IMG/VR virus record: IMGVR_UViG_3300042140_000289
Span: 1 to 34,488 of that record
Source: a virus
Taxonomy: Duplodnaviria; Caudoviricetes
Direction: 5' to 3' (one strand)
Length of the DNA: 34,488 nt
Both the position numbers and the translations under genes were made by a program. The notes under the pieces were generated by a model. The model was not told the origin of the DNA. It did no database searches and saw only the letters and a list, made by a program, of their open reading frames with translations. Numbering within the stretch: position 1 is the first letter of the stretch; each line of letters opens with the position of its first letter. Positions 1-9,511 of this stretch are shown here, in pieces.

Positions 1-16
1 TTGAATTAACTTCCAG

Positions 17-99
17 TACGGGCGGTGGGACTCGAACCCACAAGGTCAAAGACCGGGAGATTTTAAGTCTCCTGCGTATGCCTATTCCGCCACGCCCGC
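17..99 (-). tRNA. trnL: tRNA-Leu, anticodon TAA (reads UUA)
   Basis: The minus strand folds as a cloverleaf: acceptor GCGGGCG/CGCCCGT, anticodon arm GGAGA-CTTAAAA-TCTCC, long variable arm GGTC-TTT-GACC, T-arm GTGGG-TTCGAGT-CCCAC, discriminator A. CCA is not encoded. Confidence 0.95.
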
Positions 100-130
100 A
101 AAAAATATAATGGTCTGTAATTTGTCGACC

Positions 131-159
131 TCTCATTATAAGCCATGTAATTTTTGCGA
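131..159 (-). promoter_or_regulatory. Conserved phage promoter motif upstream of tRNA-Leu
   Basis: Minus strand TCGCA-AAAAT-TACA-TGGCT-TATAATGAGA, with the same spacing as 9 other copies. Confidence 0.8.
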
Positions 160-185
160 AAAAAAAAATAATCTTTGTAGGGAGA

Positions 186-228
186 AACGCAGAAGCCGTG
201 TACAGTTTTTGTACACGACTTCCGCGTT
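186..228 (-). terminator. Long hairpin after cassette gene (terminator or processing site)
   Basis: Minus strand AACGCGGAAGTCGTGTACA-AAAAC-TGTACACGGCTTCTGCGTT. The mismatches become G-U pairs only on the minus strand. Related to the hairpins at 30.9-33.2 kb. Confidence 0.6.
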
Positions 229-238
229 CGTTCCCTCG

Positions 239-544
239 TCAGTTGACGTTGATGTTCTTCGGACGGACGATCGTGTTGAACGCCTTCGAAGACCACACGT
301 GGTGCTGCTCGTAGGCCACGATGAGCAGGATCCCGACGATGTTTCCAGCGACGACGACCAGCGTGTCGCGGCTGATCTGGTTCGTGTTTCGCTTCTGCGA
401 GTCACGAGCTTCGATCAGCCGCTCCAGCTGGTTGACGTAGTTGTTGTACTCGTCGGAACCCGGTTCGGTCATGTCCATGTAGTTCAGCACTCGTTGAATG
501 GCATCCTCGAGCGATGTTGACAATTCGTCCCGCTTTCGGAACAT
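239..544 (-). CDS. Small GC-rich cassette protein with one hydrophobic segment (101 aa)
   Basis: RBS AAGGAGG, GC-rich third positions, hydrophobic stretch LVVVAGNIVGILLIVAY; flanked by the promoter motif and a hairpin. Confidence 0.85.
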   Translation of the reverse strand: MFRKRDELSTSLEDAIQRVLNYMDMTEPGSDEYNNYVNQLERLIEARDSQKRNTNQISRDTLVVVAGNIVGILLIVAYEQHHVWSSKAFNTIVRPKNINVN

Positions 545-562
545 AATTCCTCCTTGTTAGGG

Positions 563-591
563 TCTCATTATAAGCCTTGTATTAACTGCGA
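563..591 (-). promoter_or_regulatory. Conserved phage promoter motif
   Basis: TCGCA-GTTAA-TACA-AGGCT-TATAATGAGA; overlaps the stop codon of the upstream gene. Confidence 0.8.
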
Positions 592-974
592 TCCTCAATA
601 GGATTGTTTAAAACTTTAAAGCAAATATGAGACTTTAATCTAAGGATTTCTGGACTATCATCCAGCTCCAAAGAATATAGCATTTCTCCAGTTTCGTTTT
701 GGCTAACCATCATAGTCCCGTCGTACTTTAAATCAGATTTTACGTACGATCGAGACGAAATTAAAAGAAAAACTCCAAGCGCAACCGTAATTAAAAGGCC
801 TAAAACCACGACAAAAATTGACCATGATAGATCAAACGCTGTTGACACGCCCAAATATAAAGCCGCCGCTCCAGGTAAAACAACCATAACAAGCGCTTTT
901 AGAAAATCATAGAAACTATTTGAAATTAAAATTAAAGGTTGACTTTTCTTTTTAAAACGCAAAGGCTCAGTCAC
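582..974 (-). CDS. Holin-like membrane protein (Dp-1-holin-like paralogue)
   Basis: Two TM segments. ISNSFYDFLKALVMVVLP resembles LSNKQYDFAKKAIQIWFP of 1328..1672. Has a soluble C-terminal extension. Confidence 0.6.
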   Translation of the reverse strand: MTEPLRFKKKSQPLILISNSFYDFLKALVMVVLPGAAALYLGVSTAFDLSWSIFVVVLGLLITVALGVFLLISSRSYVKSDLKYDGTMMVSQNETGEMLYSLELDDSPEILRLKSHICFKVLNNPIEDRS

Positions 975-1326
975 TTTTTCTCCTGTTAGTTCTTAAATCT
1001 AAAGTTGGTGAAAATTTGTGCCCCGACCTTAGCGGAAGTTCGCTTAATTCTTTCATAATCAAATCCGCTGTTCCGTTCCCGCCCAAAGTTTTATACGGCG
1101 TGTAAATATTAGCCAGTAAAACTTCATATTCTTCTCGGTTTACCCATCCTTGTGAAATGTAAACGTCACAAATATCATGAAAGACTTTGTGTGTGATACC
1201 GAGCAGTAAAATAAGCTCAGCCTCTTTTTCGCTCTGTTTCTGCGAAAAGAACTTCCAAAATCCGGCCGAAGCTCCTACGGTATAGACGCCAGTAAAAATT
1301 AAAGCCGCCCATTGATCCCATTCCAT
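967..1326 (-). CDS. Lysis-module membrane protein (119 aa)
   Basis: Start re-called at ATG 1326 after RBS GGAGG. N-terminal TM helix and YTPYKTLGGNG motif typical of holin-adjacent phage proteins. Confidence 0.7.
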   Translation of the reverse strand: MEWDQWAALIFTGVYTVGASAGFWKFFSQKQSEKEAELILLLGITHKVFHDICDVYISQGWVNREEYEVLLANIYTPYKTLGGNGTADLIMKELSELPLRSGHKFSPTLDLRTNRRKSD

Positions 1327-1327
1327 T

Positions 1328-1672
1328 TCAACCTCCAGTAAATGGCGGCTGCTTCGGCCAAAAATCAGAGTTGTTATCTTTAATTGTTTTGTTATAAATA
1401 TCAAACAAATCTGAGTCGTAAGAAGAACTATTAGGGTCAACTAAATTATCTTCTACATTTGGCTCTGGATTGGAACTATTATAATTTTTAGAACTAATGC
1501 CAAGAACAACGCCAGAAAACGTAGCGAAAGCGGCTAAAGTTCCAACTACTTTTTCAGGCGATGGAAGGCCCCATAACTGCCCAATTGTTAAGTAAAATGT
1601 ACAAAAGGCTGGAAACCAAATTTGAATTGCTTTCTTTGCAAAATCATACTGTTTATTAGATAAGTTAAACAT
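1328..1672 (-). CDS. Holin (Dp-1-like)
   Basis: Two TM helices in an LSNKxYD...P...Y...WGLP...LGISS pattern; lies downstream of the tail genes. Confidence 0.7.
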   Translation of the reverse strand: MFNLSNKQYDFAKKAIQIWFPAFCTFYLTIGQLWGLPSPEKVVGTLAAFATFSGVVLGISSKNYNSSNPEPNVEDNLVDPNSSSYDSDLFDIYNKTIKDNNSDFWPKQPPFTGG

Positions 1673-1679
1673 TTTACTC

Positions 1680-2780
1680 CTAAATCTCGTCCGTCAAAGT
1701 TGGATAAGAGCTTTCACCAGTTTCGTCCTCAATTTCAACGTGTTCAATAACTCGCATTCGTGCAGAAGTGTTATAGTCGCCACGAACAGATACAATATCG
1801 CCAACATTATAATCTGTTCGATACTTGTAAGTCTGAGACGAAGAACTAATTTTAGCGTTTGTAATTGCCACGTTGCTTTGCTGCGCAAGGGCCTCGTAGC
1901 CGCGAATTAAAAGTTTGTTAATTACTGCAGTTAAATCGGCTCCTTGCGGATAGGCACTAAACTGATTGTCAATATCTGATGCATCAACAATCATAGTTCG
2001 TCTATCATACCCAGCTTCTGCTGAGTTGATGAACTGGTCAACCCATCGACCAAGAATATAAGCGCAGTTTTTTAATTTTTTATTACTCCAAAGGTAATCG
2101 GCAGAATCGATGTCTCCGTATTCATAAGAAAATGCAACCGAAGAGCTTTTGTCTTCCCCATCATGAATAAAAATACTTAACTCATTGTTCCAGTAATTTG
2201 GGCGAACTGTTCTAATACCAAGGTTGTCAATTTCCAAAAGAGTAATGACTCCAGAATAGACTTCACCCTTTTTAATTACTCTTTCTTCGTATACTCCGTC
2301 TTTTTCAACTCCATTAACAGCTCTTACGTTTAAAAATGAGTCTTTTGGATCCCAAAGAAAATCAGTTCGAATATGATTGTTAATCAGTGTAGTTGCTTGC
2401 CACCAACTATAGTTTGCAGCCATCAAATATTCTGGAATTACCATTTCCCGGTCTACCCAGTCCTGGTTTGCGCCAACAATTCGGTTCTCTAAAAAAGTTT
2501 CAAAGCTTCTGCCAGTAATTTTGATAGTTGCCTCGGAGCCTTTTTGTTGATTAATTTCATGGTTTTCAACAATCATAACTTCTGTGCTTTCGGCGTGCGA
2601 AATTAAAGTACCAATTGGAAGAGTCTTTTGAATATCAGTATCAATTTTTGCAATTAATTCAAACTCACAAAAGTCTCGGTACCTTTCAATCCACATCAAA
2701 CTGTCCCAGCCGTTTACAAGTTCTCCGCTTAGAATATCCAATTCTACACCGGAGCATTTTGGAAACTTAAACAAGTCCAT
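1680..2780 (-). CDS. Minor tail/baseplate hub protein (Tal-like; ReqiPepy6 gp37-like)
   Basis: Second gene after the tape measure. Contains SLMWIERY..EFEL and YKYRTDYNVGDIV motifs. Confidence 0.75.
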   Translation of the reverse strand: MDLFKFPKCSGVELDILSGELVNGWDSLMWIERYRDFCEFELIAKIDTDIQKTLPIGTLISHAESTEVMIVENHEINQQKGSEATIKITGRSFETFLENRIVGANQDWVDREMVIPEYLMAANYSWWQATTLINNHIRTDFLWDPKDSFLNVRAVNGVEKDGVYEERVIKKGEVYSGVITLLEIDNLGIRTVRPNYWNNELSIFIHDGEDKSSSVAFSYEYGDIDSADYLWSNKKLKNCAYILGRWVDQFINSAEAGYDRRTMIVDASDIDNQFSAYPQGADLTAVINKLLIRGYEALAQQSNVAITNAKISSSSQTYKYRTDYNVGDIVSVRGDYNTSARMRVIEHVEIEDETGESSYPTLTDEI

Positions 2781-3632
2781 TTAGATCCCCCAGTAAGTAT
2801 GTTGGTGCCGAATATAATTCCAGGAAAAATTGTTTGCAGTAATGTAAAACTCGTTTGTGCCTGGAAAAATAATTGGCCAAACTGAATCGGCTTTTAAGCG
2901 GTCTAATAAATGAATAGTTTGTCCTTCTCTCTCCATATATAAATGTCTTTTATTGTTCAAACTTGAGAATTTAAGAACATCTAAATTTTGAAAGCCAATA
3001 ATGCCAAATACATCTCCAGGCATTACTTCAAATTTCCAATCGTAAGCCTCGTCCTGAATCTTAAAAAATGGCGTTGGCCCGCTAAAAACCACCTCAAACT
3101 CAAAGCCGTGTGGAGCTGTTGAAACATCGTCAATAATAACAGGCGTGTTTGGTGAAGCAAAATCTGTTTGCGCATAAGTAAAGTTTGGAGAGGTCAGCAT
3201 TGGGTCAATGCACTCCATTGTAAGTTGAACTTCTGGAGTGTCGGAAAAATGATTTGCTTCTAATTTAGTAACCAAACCCTTAAGCGAGGCAACAACTGAG
3301 TTTCCATCTTTAAACTGAACATCAATTGCTCCAGTTCTAGACGAAGAAATACCACGATACAGCTTATCTCTCAAAGTTGTAATCGTTTCTCCTGCGGAGT
3401 ATTTTGGGTTCAGGGAGATTCTAATAACAAGCTCTCTTTTATCCGCACTCATTGCGTAAAACTTGTTATTAGAAGAGCTCCCCAACCCATAAAATTTTGC
3501 CGTAATATCACCGCTGTCAATGCCTGCCAAAGCTTTTGCTACATAAGAATTAGTTGAGGTTGGATCCCTAAAGCTAAGATTAATTAAATGATTATCACAA
3601 GAACAATACAAGTCAATGTTTGTTACTTTCAT
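2781..3632 (-). CDS. Distal tail protein (Dit)-like
   Basis: Immediately follows the tape measure with an ATGA overlap; 283 aa; CIDP and PGTNEF motifs typical of Dit. Confidence 0.7.
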   Translation of the reverse strand: MKVTNIDLYCSCDNHLINLSFRDPTSTNSYVAKALAGIDSGDITAKFYGLGSSSNNKFYAMSADKRELVIRISLNPKYSAGETITTLRDKLYRGISSSRTGAIDVQFKDGNSVVASLKGLVTKLEANHFSDTPEVQLTMECIDPMLTSPNFTYAQTDFASPNTPVIIDDVSTAPHGFEFEVVFSGPTPFFKIQDEAYDWKFEVMPGDVFGIIGFQNLDVLKFSSLNNKRHLYMEREGQTIHLLDRLKADSVWPIIFPGTNEFYITANNFSWNYIRHQHTYWGI

Positions 3633-6600
3633 GGAATGCTCAACTCCTCTTTAGCTAAAGTAATCTGGCTCCTGGTGTTACGGTAAATATCGCTAGTAGA
3701 CAAAGCCGTCGGTGAGTAAATGTTCTGCTCAAACGTAATTTCAGTTGGGCCAGAATTAGCCGCAACTTCAGTCGCAGAGCTAGGGGCAACGTCTGTTGTC
3801 TTAGCAATATACCGGGCGTTTCCGTAAGAAAGCGAGGCCGTCATAGTGTTTGACCCCAACATACTACTTAAATAACTAGCATCTTTTTGCACGTTAGAAA
3901 GATCTAAGACTGGAGTCACCCTCGGGTTGAACTCATCAATTGACTCAAGGCCATAAACAAAGCTACTTAAAACGTTTGAAAATGCATTAACAGATGATTC
4001 AGCAAGTTTTTCAGAAGCGTTTTCGACCATTGTCGTTTTGCTAAGACCAATAACCAGCCCATCACCAACATCTTTACCAATTTTAATAAAAACTTTAGAC
4101 GGAGAATTACTATCAAATACGCCTGTAACAATACCAATGGCGCCTTGGGCAAGACTTCTCGCCTGGTCAAATACTTCTTTGGCTCTACTAGCCAAACCAC
4201 CGGTCATACCGTCAATAATTGCCCCGGCTAGACGACGGCCTTCTGTTCGGATTTCTGGAGAATATTTTTCAACAGCAGTTCTTAAACCACTAAGCAATTT
4301 AAGAAGCATTGCCCCGGCTTTGTCCGCAAAGTCAATAGCATCATCAACTAAACCGTCCAAGAAATCAACTGCAGCGTCTTTACCGGCGGTTGCCAAATCA
4401 CCAGCTTTTTGACCAATTTCATAAATTAGATTCTCAATTAAATCTGCAACAGCTGTAATTACTTTGTCCAGATTACCGCTAATAGACCCTAAGAAACTAA
4501 CTAAAGCGTCAGTTCCAGCACCGGCAATTCGTTCCGCGTTGTTACCCGCCTGAGTAATAAACTCAGTAATCATATCAGTAACGGCGCTTGCAATATTGAT
4601 AAAGCCATTTCGGATGCCATTGATCAGCTGAACAATTAAATTAAACCCAGCATCAATAATCGGCTGAATATTAAGGGCAATCCCATTGATAAACGTAACA
4701 ATAAAGTTTGTTCCGGCTTCAAGGAGGAGCGGGATCCCATTTGTCAAACCGTTAATAAAGTTTGTAAGGATGCTCAATGCCAGAGTGGTGATCATCTCAA
4801 TGTTATCGTTAATACCGTTCAAGAAAGAAGTAAGTAATTCGATCCCAATTTGAATCATAATTGGAACTTTTTCCCGAAGCAGCTTAAACCCAATGTCCAT
4901 GATCGCGCCAATTGCTTCGCCAATCTTTGGCGAAAGCTCAATGATCTTGTCAAGGATGAGCAGCAGAACGTCTCCGAACCCATTTACTAAATCTGGAGCG
5001 TTGTCTAGAAGAACTTTTATGAGCTCAATGAATCCCTCGGCAAGTTTTCGAATAAACCTAGGAACTGCTTGCGCAACCGTGTCCAGAACATCTCCAAATG
5101 TGTTTAGAGCATCTGGACCCACACGGGCAAAGATTTCTAGAGACTCAGCAAAGAGTTTTGCGCCTACCCCAAACAAAGCAAACGCAGCGCCAACAAGAAT
5201 CAAAGCCGCCCCAAGGCCGATTAGCGCAGCAAGAAGAGGCGGGAAAGCTGCAATTGCCGCGGCGGCAAGGCCAAGCACTAAAAGAACACCGGCAATACCA
5301 AGAAGGCCCTTGCCAATCTCGCCAAGGCTTAACTGCCCAACCGTGCTTAGCACTTGAGCCAACACGTAAAGAGCGGCAGACATAATAAGAATAGAGGCCG
5401 CCCCTGGGAGAGCATTTTGCATTGAGTTTGCCGCAATAACAAGAATGGCCAGTACTGCCGCCATTCCGGCAATACCCTTGATCAACTCCCCAAGTTCTAG
5501 CGAGCCAAGACTCTTTACTGCTTGCGCCATGACGTACATAGCTCCAGCAATGACCAACAAACCAAACGCCGTTGGAACAAGATTGTCGGGCAACAAAAGT
5601 GTAGCCTGAATAATCAAGAATAGAGCCGCGCCAAGGCCAACCAAACCTTTAACCATGTCGCTCCATGGCATATCAGCAAACTTTTGAACGGCTTTCTGCA
5701 CCCCAAGCAAACCAATACCAAGAAGCACAAAGTTGACACCAAGTTTGGTAATGTTCTTATTGTCCAAAGCCTTCATTGCTAGAACGAATCCAGCAAGAAT
5801 AACGCCAACTGCAAGAAGCCCTTGGCCAAGTTGTTTAAGATCCATGGACCCAAAAGCTTTAATTGGAAAGCTCAGCAGGAGCATTGAGACCGCAAGGACG
5901 CCAAGAGAAAATGCAAGTTTTACAATTCCGTCTGTATTTCCATCTAAATATTTGGCTGCAAGAACTAAACCGCCTAGACCGGCTGCAATTCCCGCCAGTC
6001 CAGTAACTAATTCTGCAGGATCTAACCTACTTAAAATAACAATAGAAACAGTAAGCGCGAGCATTGCGATACCAAGAAGAGTCATGCTACTAGCTAAAGC
6101 CATTAATTTAACAGGATTCATTTCAATTTTAGAAAGTAATGTCAGCGCGGCCACCATAGACCCAATTCCACCAGCTACGGCGCCAAGACTTGTTGCAATT
6201 TTAGTTGGCTCAATAAATGACAAAGCAATAATCGAAGCTGTAAGAACTGCCATAGCAATCGCAATCCTTAACAAAGCGTCAGCTTTTATTTGCAGCTGAA
6301 ATGCTTGAAGGGTGTTTCCGACCTCATCAATTGCCCCAGAAAAAGATTCTAAAAGATCTGAAAGCCCAGCAAATTTAATACCCTCGGTAACAAACTTTCT
6401 AATATAGAAAACAAGGCCACCAAACAAACCAACCGCAACGCCGGCCAAAGCTGGCTTAAAAACATCTGATGTAAACGCGGAAGAAATACCCTCTCCAATT
6501 CCGGAAAAGAAATTACTTATTGAAGACCCAATCCCCCCAATAAGTTCTTTGACCCCATTAAAAGCGTTTTTTAACGTATCTCCAATAGTAGAAAATACCG

Positions 6601-8458
6601 ATTTAGTTTTTTCACCAACAGTTGAAAGCCCACTAAGTTTTTCAGAAATTGTGCTAAAAACCCCAGTAGCTTTTTCTCCACCTGGAACGGCTTCTCCACC
6701 ACCAAACAAACTAGAAATTTTTTCTTTGGCGGCTGTAATAAACTCGCCAAGCTTTTGAATTCCGGTGTTAATAATACCAAAGAACCTCTCGATTCCCCCA
6801 CCTGAAACAAGCATTTCTTGAAGTTTAGTGATAAGATTACCAATGCCAGCTGCGGCTGGTGCAGCAGACCCAGCAAGGTTAAACAAAACTCCAAATAAGT
6901 TTTTAATAACACTAAAAATTCCAGAAACAACCGCAATGCCGATTTTAAAAATAGAAAATAAACCGGTAAAAATTGATTTAATTCTACCAGCAGTTTCTCC
7001 GCCAATGGAAAGCCCAGCAGCAAAGTCTCTAAATTTAGCAGAAAGAATAACTAATGTGGCAGCAGTTACTGGTGGAAAAACCTGTCTAAAAGCTTCTCTA
7101 ATAGGAGCCAAGATGGTTTTAATGCCGGCTAAAGCATATAGCAACCCTTGAAGGACTGCGTCTCTTCCACCAAAAGTTCTCCATCCACGTAACATCTCGT
7201 TTCTTCGTTCAGTAATTCCCTGAATTGAACTAGAAATTGCATTCCCGAAACCACTAAATAATGTTTTGGCTTCCATGAAGTCGCCAACAATAAGTCTAAA
7301 CGATGACGCCATTCCAGTGCCAAGAGCTTCTTTAACTACGCTTACCAGCTGAGTTGCAGTTTTAATTTCAGTTGCTGCTTTAACTGCTGTGTCTGCCGTT
7401 TTCTGAAGCGCAACAATCTGAGCATCAGAAAAGCCTTTTGCTGACAATTCTGCTGCGCTAAGATCGCCAGAAAGACCAGCTAACGTCGTGCTTAGAACGT
7501 CGGCGGTAATCCACCCATCTTGAAGGCTTTCCCGGAAAGAGTTTCCAGAATCTTCCCATTCGGTAAAGCTCTGGTCCAGTGGGACGTTGGCAATGGTCCC
7601 CATTGCCTTAGCCGTCTCAAACAAGGCGGACTTAAAAATTTCACCACCCATACCAGCATTGACAACTGAGTTCCAGTCCATCAAACTAACTTTTCCAGCG
7701 GCCAAGGCCTGCGAAAGCTGGTACATTGCGGTAGAGGCTTGTTCGGATGAAGAACCAGAAATGGCCGCTAAGTTTGCAATACCTTTAATTGAACTAACAG
7801 AAGTATCAAGATCAACACCGGCAGCGGTGAACGTGCCAATGTTTTTTGCCATTTGGGCAAAATTGTAAATAGTTTTATCTGAGTATACATTTAACTCGTC
7901 TAGCGCATCGTTAACAGTACTTAAAGTTTCACCTTTAGACTCGGTGTTTGCTAGGATTGTTTGAATAGAACTCATGTTGAGTTCGTATTCCTGGAATCCA
8001 GAAAGAACTGGGTCCAGAGTTAACGCTTTTGCAATTTGAGTACCTGCTTGAAATGCTTTGGCTGTAATCCCAGCCAAAACAGTTGCCGCGATAGTAGCTA
8101 AAGCTAAAAACTTAGTCGAAACACCATCAACTTGGAAGCTCATTCCACCGAGATCAACTCGGTTGGCAGCTGTTGTAACGTCATCTAATCCTTTAATACC
8201 ATCTCTAAGTTGGAGTTTATTATTAACTTTGTCTGCGGCAGTGCCAATGTTTTCTAAGCCTTTAGTGCTTCCCTCAAGCTTTAAACTACTACTAGTTTTT
8301 TGCGCCGCCGTAGAGACGTTTTCAAGACCTTTTGTGCTTCCTTTAAGTTCTAGTTTTTGATTAAACTTATCTAACGATCTTGACGTTTCCTCAATGCTCC
8401 GTTGAAAGGAGGCATTATCAAAAGTAATTTTGACTACGCGGTTGTCTACTCCGCTCAT
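3629..8458 (-). CDS. Tape measure protein (~1609 aa)
   Basis: Long Ala/Gly/Leu-rich helical protein with a tape-measure N domain (YSDKTIYNFAQM..NIGTFTAAGV). Start re-called at MSGVDNR, which overlaps the upstream stop (ATGA). Confidence 0.95.
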   Translation of the reverse strand: MSGVDNRVVKITFDNASFQRSIEETSRSLDKFNQKLELKGSTKGLENVSTAAQKTSSSLKLEGSTKGLENIGTAADKVNNKLQLRDGIKGLDDVTTAANRVDLGGMSFQVDGVSTKFLALATIAATVLAGITAKAFQAGTQIAKALTLDPVLSGFQEYELNMSSIQTILANTESKGETLSTVNDALDELNVYSDKTIYNFAQMAKNIGTFTAAGVDLDTSVSSIKGIANLAAISGSSSEQASTAMYQLSQALAAGKVSLMDWNSVVNAGMGGEIFKSALFETAKAMGTIANVPLDQSFTEWEDSGNSFRESLQDGWITADVLSTTLAGLSGDLSAAELSAKGFSDAQIVALQKTADTAVKAATEIKTATQLVSVVKEALGTGMASSFRLIVGDFMEAKTLFSGFGNAISSSIQGITERRNEMLRGWRTFGGRDAVLQGLLYALAGIKTILAPIREAFRQVFPPVTAATLVILSAKFRDFAAGLSIGGETAGRIKSIFTGLFSIFKIGIAVVSGIFSVIKNLFGVLFNLAGSAAPAAAGIGNLITKLQEMLVSGGGIERFFGIINTGIQKLGEFITAAKEKISSLFGGGEAVPGGEKATGVFSTISEKLSGLSTVGEKTKSVFSTIGDTLKNAFNGVKELIGGIGSSISNFFSGIGEGISSAFTSDVFKPALAGVAVGLFGGLVFYIRKFVTEGIKFAGLSDLLESFSGAIDEVGNTLQAFQLQIKADALLRIAIAMAVLTASIIALSFIEPTKIATSLGAVAGGIGSMVAALTLLSKIEMNPVKLMALASSMTLLGIAMLALTVSIVILSRLDPAELVTGLAGIAAGLGGLVLAAKYLDGNTDGIVKLAFSLGVLAVSMLLLSFPIKAFGSMDLKQLGQGLLAVGVILAGFVLAMKALDNKNITKLGVNFVLLGIGLLGVQKAVQKFADMPWSDMVKGLVGLGAALFLIIQATLLLPDNLVPTAFGLLVIAGAMYVMAQAVKSLGSLELGELIKGIAGMAAVLAILVIAANSMQNALPGAASILIMSAALYVLAQVLSTVGQLSLGEIGKGLLGIAGVLLVLGLAAAAIAAFPPLLAALIGLGAALILVGAAFALFGVGAKLFAESLEIFARVGPDALNTFGDVLDTVAQAVPRFIRKLAEGFIELIKVLLDNAPDLVNGFGDVLLLILDKIIELSPKIGEAIGAIMDIGFKLLREKVPIMIQIGIELLTSFLNGINDNIEMITTLALSILTNFINGLTNGIPLLLEAGTNFIVTFINGIALNIQPIIDAGFNLIVQLINGIRNGFINIASAVTDMITEFITQAGNNAERIAGAGTDALVSFLGSISGNLDKVITAVADLIENLIYEIGQKAGDLATAGKDAAVDFLDGLVDDAIDFADKAGAMLLKLLSGLRTAVEKYSPEIRTEGRRLAGAIIDGMTGGLASRAKEVFDQARSLAQGAIGIVTGVFDSNSPSKVFIKIGKDVGDGLVIGLSKTTMVENASEKLAESSVNAFSNVLSSFVYGLESIDEFNPRVTPVLDLSNVQKDASYLSSMLGSNTMTASLSYGNARYIAKTTDVAPSSATEVAANSGPTEITFEQNIYSPTALSTSDIYRNTRSQITLAKEELSIP

Positions 8459-8829
8459 GCTTTCACCTGCCTCCAAATGTCATTTACAATCTTTTCGAAC
8501 ACTGGCCTAATGGCTGGGTTAATATAATCAATTCCTTGAACGTAACCGCCAGTTCCAGTCCCATGACCGTACTGAATTAAAATAGCTACGTTAACCCCGT
8601 CATTTGTGTTAGTATTATACCATTCGATTCCTGGGTTGGTTTTGCTGTTGATAATTCTGTAGCCCCAAGAATCAGAAGTGAGACCGCTTTCTTCCGGAGT
8701 GTACTTTTCTAAAGCATTTACTCCCATTTTGCCATACTTATCTAAGTTTACAAAGAGGTCGTTTGACGAAAGCTTTTTTAAAAACTTTTTAGTCTTTGAA
8801 AAGTCTCCTGTGGAAGATAAAGTAATCAA
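8455..8829 (-). CDS. Neck/tail-completion protein (HK97 gp10-like)
   Basis: TPEESGLT..SW, AILIQYGHGT and YINPA motifs. Confidence 0.65.
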   Translation of the reverse strand: MITLSSTGDFSKTKKFLKKLSSNDLFVNLDKYGKMGVNALEKYTPEESGLTSDSWGYRIINSKTNPGIEWYNTNTNDGVNVAILIQYGHGTGTGGYVQGIDYINPAIRPVFEKIVNDIWRQVKA

Positions 8830-8846
8830 AGCGGTCTCCTTTCTAA

Positions 8847-9503
8847 CTAGAGAATTCCAATGTCTTCAACAATAATAAAAGCGGCTGAACCATTCTCGTC
8901 ACTCTGGATTAGAGTGTTTGGGTACGTGCTGTAGGCCTGAAGTTTAAATGATTTAGATACATTCCACCCTGCCGGCGCAATAACCACTGCACTAGAATGG
9001 GCGTGAACAACCCAGTTGTTAAAAGATGCGTGAGCTCCACCGCGAACAATGGTGTTTGGGTCGCTATTTCCAGTTCCAGTATCCGAAGGAACCAACCTAG
9101 TTACAAATCCGCTTCCTCCAAGTGCGCTAAAGGCAACGTGGCAAGTAAATTTGTAAGCCCGGCCAACGGTTGGCGTAAACGTAACCGTAGTTCCATTAAC
9201 ATTTTGCCATAAGTTAGCTGAGCCCATTGTCTGCTGAATATTATAAGAACTAAACGCAACAATTCCACGTCCGCTGTCAGAGATCTGAGATTCAACGTTA
9301 GCCACAGCTGAGTTTAACTGAGAAAGACTTACGTCTCCTGTCGGTCCCTGAACGCCCTGAGGACCTCGAACATTTCCAGCGTTAATTGTCTGGTTGTTGT
9401 ATCGAGTTAAAATTAAATCGTTTCCAATAACCTGGCCACTAACAATGGCCTGGTCTTCAATTTCCTGAATTCTTGCGGCCGTATAACCTGTAACTGTAGC
9501 CAT
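8847..9503 (-). CDS. Minor structural/fibre protein with short collagen-like stretch
   Basis: RBS AAGGAGG; GPQGVQGPTG; beta-rich C-terminus; N-terminus paralogous to 21785..22024. Confidence 0.6.
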   Translation of the reverse strand: MATVTGYTAARIQEIEDQAIVSGQVIGNDLILTRYNNQTINAGNVRGPQGVQGPTGDVSLSQLNSAVANVESQISDSGRGIVAFSSYNIQQTMGSANLWQNVNGTTVTFTPTVGRAYKFTCHVAFSALGGSGFVTRLVPSDTGTGNSDPNTIVRGGAHASFNNWVVHAHSSAVVIAPAGWNVSKSFKLQAYSTYPNTLIQSDENGSAAFIIVEDIGIL

Positions 9504-9511
9504 GACCCTCC

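Noticed and set aside
63-520. ORFs 63..296, 110..520 and 136..405
   Set aside because: They overlap the tRNA, promoter, hairpin and the better-supported 239..544 gene.
4038-8360. Plus-strand ORFs opposite the tape measure (likewise those opposite the capsid, terminase and polymerase genes)
   Set aside because: Antisense shadows of biased-codon genes, with no RBS and no recognisable motifs.
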